The translations under genes and the position numbers were made by a program. From Chlorobiota bacterium (GTDB taxonomy: Bacteria > Bacteroidota > Ignavibacteria > Kapaibacteriales > UBA961): 64,000 nucleotides of DNA. Positions 31,012-40,688 of the stretch are shown here, piece after piece. The stretch lies in contig JBDHXA010000005.1 in NCBI GenBank assembly GCA_039810485.1, positions 1,192-65,191 on the forward strand, given 5' to 3'. The notes under the pieces are model-generated. The model was not told the DNA's origin and made no database searches. It saw only the letters and a list, made by a program, of their open reading frames with translations. The stretch's first letter is position 1; the number at the start of each line of letters is the position of its first letter.

Positions 31012-32202
31012 ATGTCTATGTATAATATTAATCAATTAATCAATCGTTGCGAAGAACTAGCATTTGATTTAGATTATAATTGTGCGAAAGAGTGGAAAAA
31101 CGAAGATCCATCTCGTGTACTAGTTGGATATATGCCTATTTATTTCCCGCGTGAAATTGTCCATGCAGCCGGCGGCATGACGGTAGGCATTTTTGGCGGC
31201 GGAGATAGAAAGCAAATTATTAAAGGCGACGCATATTATCAGTCATATATTTGTCATATTCCAAGAAGTATTATAGATATGGCGCTTGACAAACATTATG
31301 ACAGCTTCGACGGTTTTATCTTCCCTTCAATATGTGATGTACTGCGAAATCTATCAGGAATTTTCAGACAAAAAGGTTTTGGAAAGTTTGTAAAGTATAT
31401 GGATTTTCCTCAAAATTTTCTACCGGAAGTTGGCGGTGTCTACTATCAGGACGAGATGCGCCATGTACTGCATTATATCAAAGAAATTAACGGAGTGGAA
31501 GTTACAATTGAAAAACTAAACCGTTCAATAGAGTTATATAATAGAAATCGTCGTCTTATTGCATTAATTTACGACATTCGCCAGAAATATCCTTGGAGAT
31601 TGTCTATGAAGGATTGGTATCATATTTTGCGAGCAGGCACTGTCATTCCGGTAGAGGAACATAATGAAATACTACAGCAAATCGCAGATTATATTAGGGA
31701 TGAAGTAGGAAAACCACAGGATAAGATTAAAGTGGTGCTTTCTGGTGCTTTCTGCGAACAGCCTTCTGTCGGTCTTATTCGCTCGATTGAAGATGCTGGA
31801 TGCTACATTGTAGATGATGATTTGCAATTAGGTTCCAGAATGATTATCGGTGATATTGATGCCACAACAGACAGTCCGCTGGCTGCAATAGCTAATGCTT
31901 ATATCAGTCAGAGTCAATACTCTTCCTCAATATATGATGTAGAAAATCCTAAAGAATACCGATTAGCTAAAATTGTGGAGGACAGAGGAGCCGACGGAGT
32001 TATTTTTGCTTCTGCCAGCTTTTGTGATCCGAGTTTGCTCGATGCCCCAATTTTTCAAAATGCCTTTGATAAAATGGGCATTCGATACATTGCTTTCCAA
32101 TTCAGCGAAAACATTAATCAGTTTAAGGTAATCAAAGAACAAGTAGGCGCATTTTCCGATTCCATTAAATTATGGGAAGATGAACCTGTACCCGTTGAAT
32201 AA
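31012..32202 (+). CDS. 2-hydroxyacyl-CoA dehydratase/benzoyl-CoA reductase family subunit (BcrC/BadD-like by size and position)
   Basis: 396 aa HGD-D family protein. First of four genes in a C-B-A-D-like order. Confidence 0.7.
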   Translation: MSMYNINQLINRCEELAFDLDYNCAKEWKNEDPSRVLVGYMPIYFPREIVHAAGGMTVGIFGGGDRKQIIKGDAYYQSYICHIPRSIIDMALDKHYDSFDGFIFPSICDVLRNLSGIFRQKGFGKFVKYMDFPQNFLPEVGGVYYQDEMRHVLHYIKEINGVEVTIEKLNRSIELYNRNRRLIALIYDIRQKYPWRLSMKDWYHILRAGTVIPVEEHNEILQQIADYIRDEVGKPQDKIKVVLSGAFCEQPSVGLIRSIEDAGCYIVDDDLQLGSRMIIGDIDATTDSPLAAIANAYISQSQYSSSIYDVENPKEYRLAKIVEDRGADGVIFASASFCDPSLLDAPIFQNAFDKMGIRYIAFQFSENINQFKVIKEQVGAFSDSIKLWEDEPVPVE

Positions 32203-32236
32203 AACCAAGTTATGTATAATATATAAATAAAAAAAT

Positions 32237-33523
32237 ATGGCAAAGGAAGTTATAAAAGAAAGAAGCATGATCCTTCAAAAAGAAATGATTGAAGGTCTCT
32301 TTAACGATTTGGAAAAAGCCCATGAAACAGGAAAAAAAGTATGCTATACTTTTGTTCCGGGAAATCTTTCCGAACTGATAAGAACTTTTGATATGCTACC
32401 GGTGTATCCCGAAATTAATGCACTGCAAAGCGCAATGCGTAAAAAATCAGCCGCGTATATCAAGGAAGCCGAGCGCCACGCACATTCTGAAGACGTATGT
32501 ACGTATGTAAAATGCGACGTTGGGATGTTGATGAAAGGAAACATTGGACCTACCGGACAAAAACTTCCGCCACCAGATATTCTCTTGCTTAGCTACACTG
32601 GTTGTTTCACTTTTATGAAATGGTTTGAAACGCTCAAAAGAGAATATCCAAACGCTACAGTGGTAATGATTCATACGCCATATCAAGAGAGTGGCACAAT
32701 GACGCCCGAAATGATAAATTATATGGTGAAGCAAATGAACGAGGAAGTAATTCCAAAAATGGAACAGGTCTCCGGCGTAAAATACGACGAAGAAAAACTC
32801 AAAAGTATTTTGGAACATTCGAAAGAAGCAGAAGATTGGATTACTAAAATATTTGACACCACCAAACATAAACCATCACCGATAGACGCTTATTTTGCCG
32901 GAGTATATTACATCGGACCAATTAATATTGGTTTCAGAGGCACGCCTGAGGCAGTTGAATATTATAAAGAATTGTATAATGAAATTCAGGAAAGAATTAG
33001 ATTAGGATTGGGACCTGTTACCCCGGAAGGTGAAATGCACGAGGAAAAATATCGGCTTGTAGTAGAAGGACCGCCAAATTGGACAAGTTTCCGTGAGTTC
33101 TGGAAAATATTCTATGATATGGGAGCTGTAATTGTTGCTTCGTCCTACACAAAAGTTGGAGGAGTATATGATCTTGGGTGGCGACACGACCCAGAAAAGC
33201 CGCTTCAATCTCTAGCCGAATATTGCATGAATTGCTATACAAACTTAAATATTCCGCAGCGCATAGATTTACTTACAAAATGTATTACTGAATATCAGGC
33301 GGACGGATATGTAACAAATTCAATAAAAAGCTGCAATTCATTCTCGGCAGGCCAGTTGGCTATGATGCGAGAAATTGAAGACCGCTTGGATATTCCGGTT
33401 GGATTTATTGAATCTGATTTAGTTGATCCTCGATATTTCTCATATTCTAATATAAAAAATCGTTTAGAGTCCTATTTTCAAATGTTGGCGCAGCGTAAAA
33501 TGATGGAAGCGCAAGAAGCGTAA
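32237..33523 (+). CDS. 2-hydroxyacyl-CoA dehydratase/benzoyl-CoA reductase family subunit (BcrB/BadE-like by size and position)
   Basis: 428 aa HGD-D family protein with Cys-containing segments. Second gene of the block. Confidence 0.7.
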   Translation: MAKEVIKERSMILQKEMIEGLFNDLEKAHETGKKVCYTFVPGNLSELIRTFDMLPVYPEINALQSAMRKKSAAYIKEAERHAHSEDVCTYVKCDVGMLMKGNIGPTGQKLPPPDILLLSYTGCFTFMKWFETLKREYPNATVVMIHTPYQESGTMTPEMINYMVKQMNEEVIPKMEQVSGVKYDEEKLKSILEHSKEAEDWITKIFDTTKHKPSPIDAYFAGVYYIGPINIGFRGTPEAVEYYKELYNEIQERIRLGLGPVTPEGEMHEEKYRLVVEGPPNWTSFREFWKIFYDMGAVIVASSYTKVGGVYDLGWRHDPEKPLQSLAEYCMNCYTNLNIPQRIDLLTKCITEYQADGYVTNSIKSCNSFSAGQLAMMREIEDRLDIPVGFIESDLVDPRYFSYSNIKNRLESYFQMLAQRKMMEAQEA

Positions 33524-33547
33524 TATCTATTTAGAAAGTAAAAAATT

Positions 33548-34975
33548 ATGAAAAAATATTTTTTAGGAATTGATCTTGGCTCTACTACTTCGAAAGCAGT
33601 TATTGTCAACGAAGCCGATGAAATTGTTGGCAGAGGTATCACAAATACCAGAGCAAACTACAAAGTAGCCGCAGATATAGCTCGCGAGCAGGCAATCTAT
33701 GACGCTCGCTTCAATCTGATTGAAAAAAGGATGAAAGACAGCATTGCAGGCAGATCAGAATTTAAAACTTACATGAAGGATTTGCGAAGCGTGTTTCAAT
33801 ACTGTCAGTTCAGAAGAAGAATGGACAGTTTGGAAAATATGCTTATTAAAACCGCTTCTGAATCAACACATCCTGAACGAGACACTATTGTAGAACGCCT
33901 TAAATCCATTATTGGCATTATTCGGCCGCAAATGCGTCATGAATTTATTCATGAAGGACTTGGCAGTAAAAATCAATTTTTCAGAGATATTGTCAGTGAA
34001 AAATATAATACCGAAGTCAGCAAAATTGAACCGAAATATTATGAGCCGTTAATGCTGGCATTTGACAAGAGCATTACGCCAATTGAAAATGAAATGGTGG
34101 ATTATTCTTTCAAAGAATTGGTGCTTGAATCAATGAAGATTCTGGAAGAAAAGTACGAAGGATTGGCTGACGAAAGAGAAGACGGAGGGAAAGAGTCGTG
34201 GTATTATGATGAAATGAACGCAGTAAAAAACGAATATAAAAATATTGAGCACACTCTTCGCTCGCATATCGAAGAAATAGCTGACGAGGAGATTTATATT
34301 GCAAAGATGGTTGGAACAGGATACGGAAGAGCGTTGCTGCCTTTCCCGGAAGATTGCATCAAGTCGGAAATCCTTTGCCATGCCTTTGGCGCTCATGCTG
34401 TTTTCCCGGGAACAAGAACAGTGCTTGATATCGGAGGTCAGGATACAAAAGCCATTCAAGTGGATAAATATGGCTTGGTTACAAGCTTTCATATGAATGA
34501 CAGATGCGCTGCGGGATGCGGCAGATATTTAGGATACATTGCCGACGAATTCGGATTGTCGCTCAACGAGTTAGGACCAGAGGCAAACAAAGCAAAAAAA
34601 GAAACGACAATTTGTTCGACATGCACTGTTTTCGCCGGAGCTGAAATAAAGGAATTGCTGCACAACGGCGAACAAAAGCCAGATATTCTGGCTGGACTTC
34701 ACAAATCTATTGTTCAACGAGCAATGTCGCTCATTGCACGTTCGGGTGGAGTAAGAAACGAATTTACTTTTACTGGCGGAGTAGCAAGGAATGAAGCTGT
34801 ATTGAAGTACGTGAAAAAAATGGTGATTGACTCCTATGGCGAAGTAACGATGAATATTCATACTGATTCAATTTTTATGGGCGCTTTGGGCGGCGCTATG
34901 TTTGCACGCCGAAATATAAGCACCGAACTGCCAAAAGGCACTATGATTAGAGAAACTGGCGACGTTAATAATTAA
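33548..34975 (+). CDS. BadF/BadG/BcrA/BcrD-type ATPase, long form (BcrA/BadF-like)
   Basis: 475 aa. Acetate/sugar-kinase-fold phosphate-1 motif GIDLGSTTSKAV and Cys pair CAAGCGRYLG typical of Fe-S-bridged activase ATPases. Has a ~190-aa insertion after phosphate-1, as in the large ATPase subunit of class I benzoyl-CoA reductase. Confidence 0.7.
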   Translation: MKKYFLGIDLGSTTSKAVIVNEADEIVGRGITNTRANYKVAADIAREQAIYDARFNLIEKRMKDSIAGRSEFKTYMKDLRSVFQYCQFRRRMDSLENMLIKTASESTHPERDTIVERLKSIIGIIRPQMRHEFIHEGLGSKNQFFRDIVSEKYNTEVSKIEPKYYEPLMLAFDKSITPIENEMVDYSFKELVLESMKILEEKYEGLADEREDGGKESWYYDEMNAVKNEYKNIEHTLRSHIEEIADEEIYIAKMVGTGYGRALLPFPEDCIKSEILCHAFGAHAVFPGTRTVLDIGGQDTKAIQVDKYGLVTSFHMNDRCAAGCGRYLGYIADEFGLSLNELGPEANKAKKETTICSTCTVFAGAEIKELLHNGEQKPDILAGLHKSIVQRAMSLIARSGGVRNEFTFTGGVARNEAVLKYVKKMVIDSYGEVTMNIHTDSIFMGALGGAMFARRNISTELPKGTMIRETGDVNN

Positions 34976-34988
34976 AGGAAACAATACA

Positions 34989-35843
34989 ATGGAAAATTCA
35001 ATTTATACAATGGGCATTGATGTTGGCGGCAGTTATGTTAAAACTGTTCTTATGCGCTATAATAAAGAGAGCGGACAACATCAATTAGTAGACAAACAAA
35101 CAGAAAAAATCAGAAAAAGAAATCCTAAAGATGTGGCTCACGACTCCATCGAAATGATTCTAGAACGCAATAATCTCAATTATGACAAGGATATTGCCTA
35201 TTTAGCTTCGACTGGAGAAGGCGAAATGGTCGAGAGAAAAACAGGACATTTCTACAGCATGACAACTCACGCTCGTGGCGGTGTCTTTTTCCATCCCGGC
35301 TCAAAAACAGTTGTTGATATGGGCGGCTTGTATGTTCGCGCAATTAAAATTGACGAACGCGGCAAAGTTCTGGATTATAAAATGACCGGTCAATGCGCCT
35401 CTGGTTCCGGACAGTTCATTGAAAATATATCACGATATCTTGGTTTGGCGGTAGAGGAAGTAGGAGATATTTCCATGCAAGCCGACAATCCCGAAGTTCC
35501 ATCAGGCATTTGTGCTGTTTTAGCAGAGACCGATGTTATTAACATGGTGTCCAAAGGAGCTTCTACACCCAATATAATCAAAGGCATTAATATATCTATC
35601 GCGCAAAGAGTTGTTAAACTTTTAAGCTCTCTAAAAGCAGAGTCGCCGATTATGTTGGTTGGAGGCATGGGCATGAATAAAGGAATGATCCAAGCTATTG
35701 AAGAGGTTGCTTCAGAGAATAAAAAAAGCAAACTTGAGTTTGTGTCGCATCCCGATGCAATCTTTTCAGGGGCTATCGGAGCTGCATTGTGGGGCGGCTA
35801 TCGCTATTATGTGCTTAAAGAAAAAGAAAAGCAAGCAGCATAA
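34989..35843 (+). CDS. BadF/BadG/BcrA/BcrD-type ATPase, short form (BcrD/BadG-like)
   Basis: 284 aa with GIDVGGSYVKTVLM and CASGSGQFIE motifs. Confidence 0.7.
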   Translation: MENSIYTMGIDVGGSYVKTVLMRYNKESGQHQLVDKQTEKIRKRNPKDVAHDSIEMILERNNLNYDKDIAYLASTGEGEMVERKTGHFYSMTTHARGGVFFHPGSKTVVDMGGLYVRAIKIDERGKVLDYKMTGQCASGSGQFIENISRYLGLAVEEVGDISMQADNPEVPSGICAVLAETDVINMVSKGASTPNIIKGINISIAQRVVKLLSSLKAESPIMLVGGMGMNKGMIQAIEEVASENKKSKLEFVSHPDAIFSGAIGAALWGGYRYYVLKEKEKQAA

Positions 35844-35887
35844 GAAATGGCTGTTTTTTCATAAACTGACTATAATGACTGATTGTA

Positions 35888-37636
35888 ATGGTGAATACAC
35901 TGCAATCCGCAACAATTCCGGGCAAGGCAAGGCAGAATATAGCAGTAATGCTTTCGGAAAATGCTGAAAAATTTGCTGAAAAATTTATTTATTGTGAAAA
36001 AAATCAAAACAATGAATATAAAGGGATTTTGTGGAAATCGTTTTATAATGATGCCCTAAATATAGCATGGAATCTGAAACAATCTGGGATTAAGAAAGGA
36101 ACTAAAGTTGTTCTTTACTGTCCTAATTCTCTCAATATGCTACTTGCTGAATTGGCTATTATGTCAATAGGTGCTATAGCTGTTCCTATCTTTGCCTATT
36201 TCAAAAAAAATACGTCAGAATTGCTGATAAATCATTCTGATGCCGAGTTCGTAATTTTAGCTGGTCAGTTTCAACTCAATGAAATGAGTCATGATCTACC
36301 CAAAATAAAATTAGTGTGGTCATTTGATGATGTTGAGAATAATACTCCTTTTGCAGTTCAAAAATTTGCCGATTTATTAAAAGATCGAAACGACATTGAT
36401 TTTGCCTTAGATATTAAAGCGCAGCCGAATGAAATATGTCTGAATATGTACACTTCTGGCACTATGGGGATTCCCAAATGCGTGCAGCTTACACATCAGA
36501 ACATTCTTTCGCAGCAAGCATCAATTCACACGGTCTTAAATGTGACGGCAGACGACAGGTTCCTTTCCTATTTGCCTTGGCATCATAGCTTTGGCGGAAT
36601 TTTTGAATTATTCAGCGCATTACACAATGGAGCTACATATTATTTAGAGAGCAGCTTTGGAAAAGATGCCAAATCCATATTTGAAAATTGGAGAAAAGTT
36701 CTGCCAACAGTTTTCTTTAGCGTCCCAAAGGTTTATCAATCTCTTTTTGAGCTGGCCAAAGAAAGCATAGAGGCCGAAAATGTTTTTTTTAATTCAGGGC
36801 TCAAATTCATTTTTACAGCTGCTGCAGCATTGCCTCAGCGACTATCAGATGAGTTTGAAAAACGTGGCATTGCCGTAATCGAGGGATGGGGGCTTACAGA
36901 AACATCGCCTTGCTGCACTCTCACAAATCCTAAGCTAAAACGCGAATCTGGAGTGGTTGGCATGCCTATTCCCGGCGTGAAAGTTCGAATTGCCGACGAT
37001 GATGAGATTCAAGTAAGCGGTCCTAATGTGATGGCTGGTTATTACCAAAATCCAGAGGCAAATGCTGAAGCATTCACTGAAGACGGCTGGTATAGAACTG
37101 GTGACGTCGGCGCAATTACTGAAAATGGATTAAAGCTTGTTTCAAGAAAAGATCGAATTTTTAAACTGTCAAACGGAGAAAAAGTAATTCCGACAGACTT
37201 AGAAAAAGCTATTGAATTAAAATGTCATTATGTGCAATATGTTGTTGTTGCAGGAAGCGGCGAAGAATATCCCGTCGCTTTAATATTTCCGAATAGAAAA
37301 CTGCTTGAAAATCCTGATCTTACGTTAAATACAGAGCAACAATGCGCTTGTCCGCAAAATATTAGCGAAATGGGGCGCTGTTTGCCGACCTGTCTTCAAT
37401 TGGCAAATGATTCAATAGGACAAAAATTCGCAAAAGTCAAATCTGTTGCAATTATAGACGATGTGCTTTCACTAGACAATAACATGCTGACTCCTTCAAT
37501 GAAAGTTGCGCCTAAAAACGTTGTGGATAAGTATAAAACCCATTTAAAGAATCTTTATGGCGATAATGTGCCAACTGATGAAGAAGTGTATATCATTGAA
37601 TTAGAACCTAAAAACAATTTGAAGCGATGTATATAA
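35888..37636 (+). CDS. AMP-dependent acyl-CoA synthetase/ligase
   Basis: 582 aa with AMP-binding signature YTSGTMGIPKCVQLTHQN. Substrate unknown; an aromatic or alicyclic acid is plausible from context. Confidence 0.85.
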   Translation: MVNTLQSATIPGKARQNIAVMLSENAEKFAEKFIYCEKNQNNEYKGILWKSFYNDALNIAWNLKQSGIKKGTKVVLYCPNSLNMLLAELAIMSIGAIAVPIFAYFKKNTSELLINHSDAEFVILAGQFQLNEMSHDLPKIKLVWSFDDVENNTPFAVQKFADLLKDRNDIDFALDIKAQPNEICLNMYTSGTMGIPKCVQLTHQNILSQQASIHTVLNVTADDRFLSYLPWHHSFGGIFELFSALHNGATYYLESSFGKDAKSIFENWRKVLPTVFFSVPKVYQSLFELAKESIEAENVFFNSGLKFIFTAAAALPQRLSDEFEKRGIAVIEGWGLTETSPCCTLTNPKLKRESGVVGMPIPGVKVRIADDDEIQVSGPNVMAGYYQNPEANAEAFTEDGWYRTGDVGAITENGLKLVSRKDRIFKLSNGEKVIPTDLEKAIELKCHYVQYVVVAGSGEEYPVALIFPNRKLLENPDLTLNTEQQCACPQNISEMGRCLPTCLQLANDSIGQKFAKVKSVAIIDDVLSLDNNMLTPSMKVAPKNVVDKYKTHLKNLYGDNVPTDEEVYIIELEPKNNLKRCI

Positions 37637-38838
37637 TCAAATCAACAGATAAAATGAAAACAATAATGGGCGAATATTTTCGCTCATTAGAAACAGGTGA
37701 AAAGAAGATTGCTTGGTGCACCAGCGTCGGACCTGCCGAACTTCTGCGATCATTTGGATTTGAAGTGTATTTTCCGGAAAATCACGGAGCATTGTTGGGA
37801 GCGACACGCACAGCTATGGATGTAATTCCAGAAGCAGTAAAAAGCGGATATTCTGGTCATGTATGCTCATATACAACTGCTGATATTGGCTCATATTTAA
37901 GAAATGAAACACCGCTAAAAAAGCACTATGGTCTGAAAGGACATCCCAAGCCAGACATAATCGCTTTCAACACCAATCAGTGCAGAGAAGTTCAAGATTG
38001 GTTTTATTTCTTTGCTAACGAGTTTGACTGTCCAATTGTAGGCATCACACCTCCGCGTCATTTGGAAGAAGTTAATCAAAAAGAAGTGGATTTGGTGGTT
38101 GAACAGTTCAAAGAAATGATACCGACTTGCGAGCATGTAAGCGGGCAGAAATATGACGAGGACAAATTCAAGGAAACTGTTCGCTTAAGCAAAGAAGCAA
38201 CGCTGTTGTGGCAAAAGGTTCTGAAAACTTCTACAGCCATGAACGCCCCAATCAGCTTCTTTGACGGCACAATCCACATGGGTCCGATTGTAGTGCTTCG
38301 TGGAACCCAGATTGCCAAAGATTATTACGCTGAATTGCTTGCCGAGCTTGAAGAAAATGTAAAAAATAATATTGGATTTCTGCTTAAAGCGAGAACGCGA
38401 ATCTTCTGGGAAGGAATGCCAATTTGGGGCAAACTTCGTATGCTGAGCGATTTATTTAATTCTAACGGAGCCGCAGTTGTTGCTTCAACCTATTGCAGTA
38501 GCTGGGTGTTCGATAAATTTGACGAGAACGATCCATGGAATTCGACTGCCAGAGCATACACGGAAATTTTTATCAATCGCGGCGAGAAGGCTAAAATGAA
38601 AATGCTGGGCGACTGGTTCAAGGAATACAGCATTGACGGCATTGTGTATCACGATTCAAAAACATGCTTTAATAATTCCAATGCCAAGTTTGGCATGCCG
38701 CAGCGCTTGAAAGAAATAACAGGAATTCCGGCGTTAGTTATTGAAGGTGATCTATGCGATTTAAGATTCTTCAGCGAGGGTCAAAGCATTACAAAAATTG
38801 AAACCTTTTTAGAACAGCTTGAAGAAAGCAAAGTATAA
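37627..38838 (+). CDS. Third 2-hydroxyacyl-CoA dehydratase-family (HGD-D) subunit
   Basis: 403 aa. N-terminal region WCTSVGPAELLRSFGFEVYFPENHGA is typical of the family. It has no partner second subunit directly adjacent and precedes the reductase-activase fusion. Confidence 0.7.
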   Translation: MYIIKSTDKMKTIMGEYFRSLETGEKKIAWCTSVGPAELLRSFGFEVYFPENHGALLGATRTAMDVIPEAVKSGYSGHVCSYTTADIGSYLRNETPLKKHYGLKGHPKPDIIAFNTNQCREVQDWFYFFANEFDCPIVGITPPRHLEEVNQKEVDLVVEQFKEMIPTCEHVSGQKYDEDKFKETVRLSKEATLLWQKVLKTSTAMNAPISFFDGTIHMGPIVVLRGTQIAKDYYAELLAELEENVKNNIGFLLKARTRIFWEGMPIWGKLRMLSDLFNSNGAAVVASTYCSSWVFDKFDENDPWNSTARAYTEIFINRGEKAKMKMLGDWFKEYSIDGIVYHDSKTCFNNSNAKFGMPQRLKEITGIPALVIEGDLCDLRFFSEGQSITKIETFLEQLEESKV

Positions 38839-38840
38839 AA

Positions 38841-40685
38841 ATGAACAACAATCATAAAATACGGGTCGGCATTATTGGCTTAGGTCCTGTCGGAATGATT
38901 TTGGCTGTCAAACTTCAACAGGCGGGCTGTGAAGTTGCTTTGTGCATTCGAAACGAAATAAAGCGTATCAAAATTATTAATGAAGGCATAAAACTTGAAA
39001 ATGTCTTTAATGATACGGCATGTTTCTCTCATGTTTATAGCAATATTGAAGATTTTGCGCAGTTAGATCTTGATTACCTCATATTTGCTGTAAAATCCTA
39101 TCACGTACCAGCTTTGCTTGGCGCTGCTTCTGCTCTAATCACCGAGAAACTCTCCATAATTGTCGCGCAAAATGGCATTGACACCGAACAGCTCTATGTG
39201 CATACATTCGGAGAAAGCAAATTAATCCGCATGGTGATAAATTTTGCTGGCAATCAAATCAATCCAAATACGGTAAAGGTAAGTTTTTTTACTCCGCCAA
39301 ATTATTTAGGCTCAATTAATGACAACCGTAGAAAAGAAGCTGACTTGCTTGCTGAAATGCTAACATCGGCTAATTTAACAACCGAAGCAATAAGCGCTTT
39401 TGACTTAGTTAAAAAAGTTTGGCAAAAAACAATTCTTAACTCTTCGCTAAGCGCTTTGTGCGGCGTTGGCAGATTAACGATGGCTGAGGCAATGTCTGAT
39501 CCGGATACTGTAGAATTGATAGAGCAAACGATCAATGAAGCAGTATTGGTGGCAGAAACCGAGAAAATCAAATTCGATGATAATTTTATCAGAGAATGTA
39601 TGCGCTATCTAAAAAAAGGAGGCGATCACTTCCCTTCGTTAGCACTCGATTTGATAAACGGCAGAGAAACCGAAATTGAATTTTTTAATGGAAAAATCGT
39701 TGAATACGGCCGCAAACATTATGTGCGCGCCTCTCTAAATCTGTCATTTACCAATATGGTAAATGCGATGACTAATAAGAATATTATTTCGAGAATGCCC
39801 GGTATTACCAATGACGTCAATAAAAAAATTCTCAAAAAGGGGCTGACAGTCAGCAGTGAATCTCTCAATCAGTATAAAAGGTCGGATTGTTTCCTAGGTA
39901 TTGACTTAGGCTCTGCTTACACCAAATTTACTGTAATAGATGACAATGGCAGTGCATTGTTCAGATATTTTCTTCCGACGCTAAATAGCGACAAGCAGGC
40001 GTTCAAAAACGTAATGCAAACAATAAGCTCCAATTTTAACATCAGTTATAGTTGTGCCACCGGCTATGGACGCAAGCATTTTAATTTGTCGGATATTGTC
40101 AAAACAGAAATAAACTGTGCATCGGCAGGAGTGTCGTTCGCTCATCATGGTGAAAAAAACATAATTGATATTGGCGGTGAGGACATCAAGATAATTCGCT
40201 GTGATAATGATAATAATGTGCAAAACTTTTACATGAACGATAAATGCGCCGCCGGAACCGGCGCATTTCTTTCAGAAATCGCCGAGCGTGCCGCAATTAA
40301 CATTGCAGAAATGAGCGCTCTTGCCTCTTTGTCAAGTTACGAGAAGGAACTTAATAGTTTTTGCACAGTTTTTGCCAAAACCGAAATTATGAATTGGATT
40401 TTTGAAGGTATGTCCCTTGAGGATATTTCAAGAGGCGTCTATAATTCTATTGCCAATAAAATTGCCAAAATGAGAATAGATCCCGGAATTCCAACATTCA
40501 TGATCGGCGGAGTAATTGCCCATCATCCATATCTGAAACATATCTTAGCCGAAAAATTTAATCTTAAAATAAATATTGTGGAAGCTCCGCAATACGTTGT
40601 GTCATATGGTGCTGCAGTTATTGCGGCAAAAATGTACAATAAAAAAGAAAAAGCAGAATTGGAATTAATTGAAGCAGAAAGTTAA
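38841..40685 (+). CDS. Fusion protein: N-terminal ketopantoate-reductase (PanE/ApbA)-like NAD(P)-dependent 2-oxoacid reductase domain + C-terminal BadF/BcrA/HgdC-type activase ATPase domain
   Basis: 614 aa. Residues 1-~320 carry a Rossmann motif (VGIIGLGPVGMILAVKL) and a PanE-like C-terminal domain. Residues ~345-614 carry GIDLGSAYTKFTVID and CAAGTGAFLSEIAE, the activase hallmarks. Confidence 0.65.
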   Translation: MNNNHKIRVGIIGLGPVGMILAVKLQQAGCEVALCIRNEIKRIKIINEGIKLENVFNDTACFSHVYSNIEDFAQLDLDYLIFAVKSYHVPALLGAASALITEKLSIIVAQNGIDTEQLYVHTFGESKLIRMVINFAGNQINPNTVKVSFFTPPNYLGSINDNRRKEADLLAEMLTSANLTTEAISAFDLVKKVWQKTILNSSLSALCGVGRLTMAEAMSDPDTVELIEQTINEAVLVAETEKIKFDDNFIRECMRYLKKGGDHFPSLALDLINGRETEIEFFNGKIVEYGRKHYVRASLNLSFTNMVNAMTNKNIISRMPGITNDVNKKILKKGLTVSSESLNQYKRSDCFLGIDLGSAYTKFTVIDDNGSALFRYFLPTLNSDKQAFKNVMQTISSNFNISYSCATGYGRKHFNLSDIVKTEINCASAGVSFAHHGEKNIIDIGGEDIKIIRCDNDNNVQNFYMNDKCAAGTGAFLSEIAERAAINIAEMSALASLSSYEKELNSFCTVFAKTEIMNWIFEGMSLEDISRGVYNSIANKIAKMRIDPGIPTFMIGGVIAHHPYLKHILAEKFNLKINIVEAPQYVVSYGAAVIAAKMYNKKEKAELELIEAES

Positions 40686-40688
40686 CAA

